Positions 6,635 to 12,127 of a stretch of 12,127 nt of DNA are shown piece by piece. The notes under the pieces were generated by a model, which worked only from the letters and a program-made list of their open reading frames with translations, was not told where the DNA came from and made no database searches. Made by a program: the position numbers and the translations under genes. This stretch comes from a virus. Its lineage: Duplodnaviria; Heunggongvirae; Uroviricota; Caudoviricetes. Numbering within the stretch: position 1 is the stretch's first letter; every line of letters begins with the position of its first letter. The stretch is from the IMG/VR virus record IMGVR_UViG_3300022750_000190; one strand, given 5' to 3'.

Positions 6635-6790
6635 ATGGCTACTACACAAGCACAACTCAACGAACAAAAACGTCAAGCCGAAATTGATCAGGCTTGGGCG
6701 CAGCATCAAAAATCCACCGCTCCAAGCAAAGCCGAAGCTTGGCGTCAAGCTGACAAGATTACTGGCAATCGCCTGAAATCCTCGGTGTAA
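6635..6790 (+). CDS. Microprotein, GNRLKSSV family copy 3 (51 aa; not in ORF track)
   Basis: MATTQAQLNEQKRQAEIDQAWAQHQKSTAPSKAEAWRQADKITGNRLKSSV; SD GAAGGT; 34/40 identical to copy 2 over the core. Confidence 0.92.
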   Translation: MATTQAQLNEQKRQAEIDQAWAQHQKSTAPSKAEAWRQADKITGNRLKSSV

Positions 6791-6807
6791 TCGAAAAAAA
6801 ACTCCAT

Positions 6808-6833
6808 AAAAAGCCCCTTACAGGGGCTTTTTT
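6808..6833 (+). terminator. Intrinsic terminator (possibly bidirectional)
   Basis: AAAAAGCCCCT-TAC-AGGGGCTTTTTT, 17 nt after the copy 3 stop. Confidence 0.9.
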
Positions 6834-6834
6834 G

Positions 6835-6863
6835 TTGACTTTAAAACAATTTAGCATTATAAT
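6835..6863 (+). promoter_or_regulatory. sigma70-type promoter TTGACT-17-TATAAT
   Basis: Abuts the terminator T-tract; ATCTT 6 nt downstream of the -10. Confidence 0.8.
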
Positions 6864-6901
6864 AATTCCATCTTAAACGACAACACTCTTTGGAGCATGT
6901 C

Positions 6902-7438
6902 ATGCTTATCGATTTGCAAATTAACAAAATTGCTGCTGTTATGTCTTTTGACAAAAAAGACATCTTTCACCGTCTTGCTAAAATCCTTGAAGAACAAGGT
7001 GAATTGGCAGAAGCTCTTATCCTTAATGACCACAGCGAAATTATTGAAGAATCCATTGATAACTTGATGGTTCTGACTTCTATTGCTTATGTTGTAGATG
7101 ACAATGCGATGGTTCTTGCTCAAAAAGTCGTAAACGATGTTTTTTGCAACCATACTTATGGCTCTAACAGTATCAATAGTCTTTGGATGAACTACAACGT
7201 TGATATTGGTAAAATGTCCAACGCTGTACAAAAGAACCAACGTATTGGTGCAAGCTCCTACAAGGGCTTTGCAACTAGCGAAGAAGTTGTTAGCTTGGTA
7301 ATGGTCGCAATCAGCCACTTGACTGCTTTCATCTCTCTGCACACCCAAGACATTGACCTTTTGAATACAATCATTGTTAAGAAAAACGCCAAATGGCATC
7401 AAAAGACTGTTGAAGGTCAAACCACTAAAGCAGCATAA
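6902..7438 (+). CDS. mazG: MazG-like all-alpha NTP pyrophosphohydrolase (178 aa; start moved from TTG 6890)
   Basis: KILEEQGELAEA...EESIDNL matches the EExGE..E..D metal-binding pattern; C-terminal KKNAKWHQK; GGAG SD (6892-6895) lies 6 nt before ATG 6902. Confidence 0.75.
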   Translation: MLIDLQINKIAAVMSFDKKDIFHRLAKILEEQGELAEALILNDHSEIIEESIDNLMVLTSIAYVVDDNAMVLAQKVVNDVFCNHTYGSNSINSLWMNYNVDIGKMSNAVQKNQRIGASSYKGFATSEEVVSLVMVAISHLTAFISLHTQDIDLLNTIIVKKNAKWHQKTVEGQTTKAA

Positions 7439-7449
7439 GGATTATCAAG

Positions 7450-7671
7450 ATGAAACCTGTACTTATTTCAGTTATTGACGAAAAAAGCAAAACGCCTTTT
7501 TTTCATGAACGAGTAAATATTGCGCATATTGTCGAAACACGTAAACATAAGGATATTGACCTTTTGATTGCTGTACTGGTTACAGGTCGAAAAAAAGTTA
7601 TTAGCCAAAGTGATTTGATGGAACACGCAACTTTTCATGTTTCAGAATTCACTATCACAAGAGACAAATAA
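7450..7671 (+). CDS. Hypothetical small beta-rich protein (73 aa)
   Basis: SD AAGGA overlapping the upstream stop. Confidence 0.8.
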   Translation: MKPVLISVIDEKSKTPFFHERVNIAHIVETRKHKDIDLLIAVLVTGRKKVISQSDLMEHATFHVSEFTITRDK

Positions 7672-7672
7672 A

Positions 7673-7888
7673 ATGAATAAAACATCTTTTTTCAGAACAA
7701 TTGACACTAATTTCGATAACTGCATCAATTTCACAAGTTCCATGATTCACATCGATAATATTGTCACAGCAACTACGACAGAAAAAGATCCTAGCATTTT
7801 AATGGTTATTGACGTAAATAAAGATACTCATTATATTCGCGCTGTAGATTTTTACAGTCGAGCGGAAGTTGTCGTAGAACGTGATTAA
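7673..7888 (+). CDS. Hypothetical small beta-rich protein (71 aa; start moved from 7637)
   Basis: ATG 1 nt after the upstream stop; GAGA SD-like sequence. Confidence 0.75.
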   Translation: MNKTSFFRTIDTNFDNCINFTSSMIHIDNIVTATTTEKDPSILMVIDVNKDTHYIRAVDFYSRAEVVVERD

Positions 7889-7897
7889 TTTTAAAAT
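7869..7897 (+). promoter_or_regulatory. Possible promoter TTGTCG-17-TAAAAT
   Basis: Correct spacing ahead of ORF 7960; the -35 lies within the upstream ORF. Confidence 0.35.
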
Positions 7898-7959
7898 CTA
7901 AATACATGTTTCTTCTTAAAATGATATTTTAAATAGATAAGCTAGATGTTAGGTGAAAC

Positions 7960-8454
7960 ATGGGAATATTCTATACAATAAAATTAAAACTAAAACAATT
8001 TAAGAGTATATTTTTCTTAACCGAAAATGAAAAGAAATTATGCCCACAATGTAACAATAAAATGTTTTGGAATTCAAAAAATAATAGTAATGATTCCTTT
8101 GCTCGTTTTGATTGCAAAACTTGTGAACATTTTGAATACCGTAGTGATGGATATGGTCACTACACATATGAAAAGATCACTTTGAAAAGATCTTTTTTGA
8201 TTAAACATGGTATTTTTCAATTCCTAAATGGTTCAGATAATCAACCTGTTTTTATTTCTGAATATTCAGAAGTTCCTAAAATTACTGAACGTGCTAAAGA
8301 AGAATTGTTTAAATGTATTTTCAACCAATTAAGCAAAAATCATGTAACACAAATCGATTTTGTTTACAAAGGCTATATCGGGATAGATAATATGACTAAT
8401 GATCAGTTAATAAAAGAAATGCTTGATAATCATATTGACCCATACTTGAAATAA
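7960..8454 (+). CDS. Zinc-ribbon-containing protein (164 aa)
   Basis: CPQC-x20-CKTC; SD AGGTGA. Confidence 0.8.
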   Translation: MGIFYTIKLKLKQFKSIFFLTENEKKLCPQCNNKMFWNSKNNSNDSFARFDCKTCEHFEYRSDGYGHYTYEKITLKRSFLIKHGIFQFLNGSDNQPVFISEYSEVPKITERAKEELFKCIFNQLSKNHVTQIDFVYKGYIGIDNMTNDQLIKEMLDNHIDPYLK

Positions 8455-8488
8455 GAATATAATAACTGCTTGATTAAAGGATAAAACA

Positions 8489-8728
8489 ATGGAAAATTAC
8501 AAATATAACAGTGTACAAGAAGTCTCTGATGCTTTTAAAAGTGGCGAATTAAAAGGTTATATTCTCGTTGTTGACAACGATAGTTCTTATCTGCGATATC
8601 AAGGACTTGAAGGAGACACTGATGAATATATTCAGATGAAAGACGAAGAAACACTTTATATTGGTGAAGGACAAAACGATATTTATGATGCTCTGAGCGC
8701 TGCTGGCATCCCTAACGAACCTTGTTAA
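8489..8728 (+). CDS. Small acidic hypothetical protein (79 aa)
   Basis: SD AAGGA; 17 D/E versus 5 K/R. Confidence 0.85.
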   Translation: MENYKYNSVQEVSDAFKSGELKGYILVVDNDSSYLRYQGLEGDTDEYIQMKDEETLYIGEGQNDIYDALSAAGIPNEPC

Positions 8729-8762
8729 TTCTTAACACACTAATTTCTTAAAGGAAAACAAA

Positions 8763-8966
8763 ATGGCTTACTCTCAATCTGTTAGTACTGACAAACTGAT
8801 TATCATGACAAATGCCGCAAAAGAAATGCTGGCAAATCATCCCGATCTCAGTAAACGAATCAAAACTCTTTCTGTAAAATGGAACGAAGTCGGAGATGTA
8901 GCTGTTCCTGATATTTTGATTGAATTCCATGAAACGAAGCCCGGAATTAACTTGGGAAAAGAATAG
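8763..8966 (+). CDS. Hypothetical protein (67 aa)
   Basis: SD AAGGA; open frame. Confidence 0.8.
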   Translation: MAYSQSVSTDKLIIMTNAAKEMLANHPDLSKRIKTLSVKWNEVGDVAVPDILIEFHETKPGINLGKE

Positions 8967-8992
8967 ACATTTCTATTGCTTGTTGATATAAT
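8964..8992 (+). promoter_or_regulatory. sigma70-type promoter TAGACA-17-TATAAT
   Basis: -35 begins with the upstream stop codon TAG; followed by AAGCCATCTT as at 410-425. Confidence 0.75.
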
Positions 8993-9024
8993 AAGCCATC
9001 TTATATCAACAGGCTCTTGACCTC

Positions 9025-9330
9025 ATGCTTAATATTCGCCGTATTGAAACCACCACCTATAATTCCGTACAAGAATTCATTAAAAATGAAGATTTTATGC
9101 TTCGTATTGGAATCTTGTCCGGTTTTGGTTTTGATCTCATTGTTTGCCATCAAGATCCAGTCAGTAAAGAAGTTTCAAATCTTGGTTCTATCAAAATGGA
9201 TACAAATAAATTTCAAAAACTATTTGTTCCTGATACTGAACCTTCTGGAAGTTTTGATTTTGATGAGAAAGTAGTTAAACAATATCTTATCGAAAGCGCT
9301 ACTGATATTATTCCTATTAATAACAATTGA
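9025..9330 (+). CDS. Hypothetical protein (101 aa)
   Basis: Open frame after the promoter; weak SD AGG at 9011-9013. Confidence 0.8.
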   Translation: MLNIRRIETTTYNSVQEFIKNEDFMLRIGILSGFGFDLIVCHQDPVSKEVSNLGSIKMDTNKFQKLFVPDTEPSGSFDFDEKVVKQYLIESATDIIPINNN

Positions 9331-9355
9331 CTTTTAAGTTATTTCATATTAAAAT
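9327..9355 (+). promoter_or_regulatory. sigma70-type promoter TTGACT-17-TAAAAT
   Basis: -35 contains the upstream TGA stop. Confidence 0.7.
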
Positions 9356-9387
9356 CATCCTTTAAATATATCAAGAGTAAAATAATC

Positions 9388-9756
9388 ATGGGTCTTGTTG
9401 AAATCTTGTCTTATAGCCTTCACTTCCGTGTTAATAGTTCAAATGAGCCTCACATGCTCATCAACAATGTATTGTTTAATTATGGTGATAAATCTTTATA
9501 TGAAAAATATAAAGAGCATACACCTGAAAGCCTGCATGAAGATTTAAAAGCTCTTGATGAATTAGATCTTTATCTTGAAAGTAATCAAAATGGTTACTAT
9601 CAGTTCTTTATTGTTACCAAAGATAAATCTGTTGCTCATTCTGCATTCAAAACAGTCATTAGTCTTTGCAAGCATCTTCATGGTAGCACTTATACAGTAG
9701 ACGCTATCGTTAAAGAAAAATATATTGCTGAATCACCAACTATATTAAGTATTTAA
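9388..9756 (+). CDS. Hypothetical protein (122 aa)
   Basis: Open frame, GAG SD-like sequence. Confidence 0.8.
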   Translation: MGLVEILSYSLHFRVNSSNEPHMLINNVLFNYGDKSLYEKYKEHTPESLHEDLKALDELDLYLESNQNGYYQFFIVTKDKSVAHSAFKTVISLCKHLHGSTYTVDAIVKEKYIAESPTILSI

Positions 9757-9766
9757 GGAGAATAAT

Positions 9767-10093
9767 ATGCGTGTCGATTCTATCAAAAAAATAAAGAAAA
9801 TTATTTGGCACGCTATTATCAATTATGACAAAATAGTTTTTGATTCATACGTCCAAGGATGGATGATGTCAGAAATCAGAAAAAACAAATTCTCTTCTGC
9901 ACGATTCTATTTTAATTCTGATGAAGCGCTTAAAGATAGTGCAGTCAATATAAACGACTTCAAAATACGCTCTGCTTTTATAGAAGGGTTTGATGACTGT
10001 ATCAATGCAGAAGAAAAAGCTGGCGCAACAACACCTTTAGTGTTAAAATGCAACTGGCTAAACAGTTATTCATACCACTCACTTAAATTTTAA
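9767..10093 (+). CDS. Hypothetical protein (108 aa)
   Basis: Strong SD AAGGAG. Confidence 0.85.
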   Translation: MRVDSIKKIKKIIWHAIINYDKIVFDSYVQGWMMSEIRKNKFSSARFYFNSDEALKDSAVNINDFKIRSAFIEGFDDCINAEEKAGATTPLVLKCNWLNSYSYHSLKF

Positions 10094-10109
10094 TTCAGAG
10101 TTGACCTCA

Positions 10110-10388
10110 ATGTCCATTCCAGTTAAACGTGTCTTCATTAACATTATGAAAGCTTCTAATGGCGTTTTCTTTTATGTCACCATTGTTAATGAAAATGGCA
10201 AATCCATGACGCCATATTCTAGCGAACACTTGGACCGTGCAATTCACACTGCTGATGGATACTCATATCTATTTGGTCTTGAACCAGAAAAGGTTTTACC
10301 AAGTGATCATGTCTCTCAAGAAACTATTAATAAGGCTTATGAAGAAGCCGAAATGATGAATTTCCTAAACGAAAAATATAAATCTTAA
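10110..10388 (+). CDS. Hypothetical protein (92 aa; ATG 10110 preferred over TTG 10101)
   Basis: GAG at 10098-10100, 9 nt before the ATG. Confidence 0.75.
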   Translation: MSIPVKRVFINIMKASNGVFFYVTIVNENGKSMTPYSSEHLDRAIHTADGYSYLFGLEPEKVLPSDHVSQETINKAYEEAEMMNFLNEKYKS

Positions 10389-10408
10389 TTTAAAAAAAGA
10401 GTTAAAAA

Positions 10409-10903
10409 ATGAAAGAACTTCAAATGATTGCTGATTGCATGTTGCTTTCACTTCAAAACAAGAAAGATAAAAAAGAATTAGAAGATATAATTAAGAAAAT
10501 ACTTGACCTTGTAAAAAAGGAAGACTTTTTCATGGCGATTATGCCTATGGAACGCATAAGAATCAATCCCGAAGATATTTTAGAAAAACAGTTCTTGGAA
10601 CTTTTTAAAAAAGAAGTATATGGTGTAACAATTGAAAATATTCAAATCAAAATTGATTCCATCTTAAAATTTATTATTCCCAAATTGCCAAATTTTAGTA
10701 AACTGAATAATAAAGCATATATTTTCAATGGTATCCAGTATATGGCTTATCTTCCAAAAAATCTGGATGAAACAAAAAAAATGTCAGTAAAACTCTTGAA
10801 ATCTGAAAACAAAAACAATTTGGCATTTGCATCTATGTTGGATAGGGCTATTATGATGCAGGAAATTGTTAATGAGTATCAAGAAAAAATAAATCTTTTA
10901 TAA
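10409..10903 (+). CDS. Hypothetical helical, Lys-rich protein (164 aa)
   Basis: Open frame; GAG SD-like sequence. Confidence 0.8.
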   Translation: MKELQMIADCMLLSLQNKKDKKELEDIIKKILDLVKKEDFFMAIMPMERIRINPEDILEKQFLELFKKEVYGVTIENIQIKIDSILKFIIPKLPNFSKLNNKAYIFNGIQYMAYLPKNLDETKKMSVKLLKSENKNNLAFASMLDRAIMMQEIVNEYQEKINLL

Positions 10904-10925
10904 AAAACTCCAAAGGTATATTTAA

Positions 10926-11249
10926 ATGCAAAAAAAAGCAGAAACTATTAAAGCAAACTTGGTTAAAGATACTTTAGAAATTTTAGAAACTCTTTTCAAG
11001 GAAGGGAAAACAGTAACTTATTATACTCAAATTGCTGATGGTTATGAAGAATACAAATTTAAAGACAGTTCATTAATTATGAATGGACCTTATGCCAGTT
11101 TCGCAAATGAATGCATGGAAGATATTCTATATAACAATCTTATCACCATTGGAGTTGAAAGCGATCTAGGTGTTAAATATTCATTTGAGCAATTGAGAGA
11201 ACACATGACATTCTCAATGGCTGCTCGTATCATTGATGCATTGGCTTGA
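10926..11249 (+). CDS. Hypothetical protein (107 aa)
   Basis: SD AAGGT; open frame. Confidence 0.8.
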   Translation: MQKKAETIKANLVKDTLEILETLFKEGKTVTYYTQIADGYEEYKFKDSSLIMNGPYASFANECMEDILYNNLITIGVESDLGVKYSFEQLREHMTFSMAARIIDALA

Positions 11250-11274
11250 TACATAACAAATATTATGGTATAAT
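11246..11274 (+). promoter_or_regulatory. sigma70-type promoter TTGATA-17-TATAAT with extended -10 (TGg)
   Basis: -35 contains the upstream TGA stop. Confidence 0.8.
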
Positions 11275-11294
11275 CTTTTTTCTCTAATACAGTT

Positions 11295-11981
11295 ATGGTC
11301 ATAATCATGAACACTCAACAGCGCATCGAAAATTTCCTATCTAATTTCAACAATGAGGAATTGAAGACTCATTTTGAAAATGAAGACCTTATTTTCATTA
11401 AAGGTGCGCTGTATGGCAAAGGTCGTGCAAGAAACAACTACAACCTCATTGCACAATTTTCATTTAATGAATTTTCAGTTACCGATATCTGCCGTAAATC
11501 AGGTCAAAGCTTTAATGAACCTCTTGCTAAAATAACAAATGACAATAGTAAATATATTCAAGTCGAATGGGGTAATGATGAGCTTGGATTGATTCAACAT
11601 GATTTCAACATTATGGAATCAATTAATACTTTCAGACCCTATGATGAAATTTTTAGCATCATTTCAAAAACAACTGATGCAGAAAAAGATTATCCTTATG
11701 TTGGTGTGGAATATGAAGAAATCAATGGCAAATTTGAAAAATCCTATACATTCAGACTGGAATTAAATTCCTATGGACGTTTTATTTTCAAATCAAAAAC
11801 GATCAACCTTTTCAAAGATGAAACATTTCATAATTGGATTATCTTTTTTGTTAAGTTTCATTGGGGCATTGAATTAGACAAAGCTTCTGTTTATCATGAT
11901 ATTGTTGCTGAACTCAAAAAACTCCCAAAAATGCCAGATGATAAAAACTGGAAACTAAACAAACCACAATTTAATCGGTGA
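11295..11981 (+). CDS. Hypothetical protein (228 aa; true start may be 11307)
   Basis: Longest ORF in the window; no motif recognised. Confidence 0.8.
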   Translation: MVIIMNTQQRIENFLSNFNNEELKTHFENEDLIFIKGALYGKGRARNNYNLIAQFSFNEFSVTDICRKSGQSFNEPLAKITNDNSKYIQVEWGNDELGLIQHDFNIMESINTFRPYDEIFSIISKTTDAEKDYPYVGVEYEEINGKFEKSYTFRLELNSYGRFIFKSKTINLFKDETFHNWIIFFVKFHWGIELDKASVYHDIVAELKKLPKMPDDKNWKLNKPQFNR

Positions 11982-11986
11982 ATAAA

Positions 11987-12127
11987 ATGAAACCTCTATA
12001 CACTAAAGTAACTTTTTACAAAGGCTTTCTGATCATTGAACATCAAGTTACTGAAAGCAATGAGATTGTAGCATGTCCTTATGACCGCCCCGGTAATATG
12101 GGCTATGTAATTACTGACACTGCGTAT
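11987..12127 (+). CDS. Hypothetical protein, 3'-truncated by window edge (MKPLYTKVTFYKGFLIIEHQ...)
   Basis: ATG 5 nt after the upstream stop, GGTG SD-like sequence, frame open to the end (47 codons). Confidence 0.65.
   Translation, partial: MKPLYTKVTFYKGFLIIEHQVTESNEIVACPYDRPGNMGYVITDTAY

Larger units (their letters stand above)
6252..6790 (+). repeat. Imperfect tandem triplication of a small gene unit (period about 185-210 nt)
   Basis: Three homologous coding units; copies 2 and 3 share an AAGGTAATT..ATCATG leader. Confidence 0.9.

Noticed and set aside
6252-6790. CRISPR-like or ncRNA repeat array
   Set aside because: Units are long open frames with SDs and mainly synonymous differences in the conserved parts; there is no identical 25-45 nt repeat with unique spacers and no cas genes.
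1040-9274. Alternate-frame plus-strand ORFs 1040-1228, 1977-2222, 9017-9274 and the 5' parts of 3758-4213 and 4679-5020
   Set aside because: They are nested in better-supported genes and have atypical composition.
9767-10093. Resemblance to ribosome modulation factor (Y..GW and RSAF.EGF)
   Set aside because: Lacks the CPY motif and RMF spacing; too weak to call without a profile search.
10110-10388. Resemblance to YegP/DUF1508 (FFYVTIVNENGKSM..SSE)
   Set aside because: Only a generic beta-hairpin NG pattern; not enough to assign a family.
1207-11314. All minus-strand ORFs (e.g. 6857-7420, 2890-3177, 4576-4842, 5865-6128)
   Set aside because: They are antisense shadows of well-supported plus-strand genes, with no SD, promoter or motif support.
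1-12127. Assignment to a specific phage genus or host; tRNA, rRNA or IS elements
   Set aside because: No marker genes in the window, and no cloverleaf, rRNA-like sequence, transposase or terminal inverted repeats were seen.

Overview
AT-rich, gene-dense window in which every credible gene lies on the + strand. It holds about 35 mostly small ORFs, about 14 near-consensus sigma70-type promoters and 2-3 intrinsic terminator hairpins. This organisation suggests the early/accessory region of a large lytic bacteriophage (inference; no structural, replication or integrase genes are present to confirm it). Recognisable families are a HAD-superfamily phosphatase (1018-1443), two tandem SprT-like HEXXH metalloproteases (2719-3806), a MazG-like NTP pyrophosphohydrolase (6902-7438) and a CxxC..CxxC zinc-ribbon protein (7960-8454). 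The standout feature is a self-contained cassette (6131-6833). It has a perfect TTGACA-17-TATAAT promoter, three tandem paralogous 47-51 aa microproteins ending in an invariant GNRLKSSV, and a terminator; two of the three genes are missing from the ORF track. At least three further local paralog families occur: three W..VPP membrane microproteins, the SprT pair and an acidic pair. The promoters share an ATCTT element near +1, and several overlap inverted repeats. No tRNA, rRNA, CRISPR array or transposase was seen.
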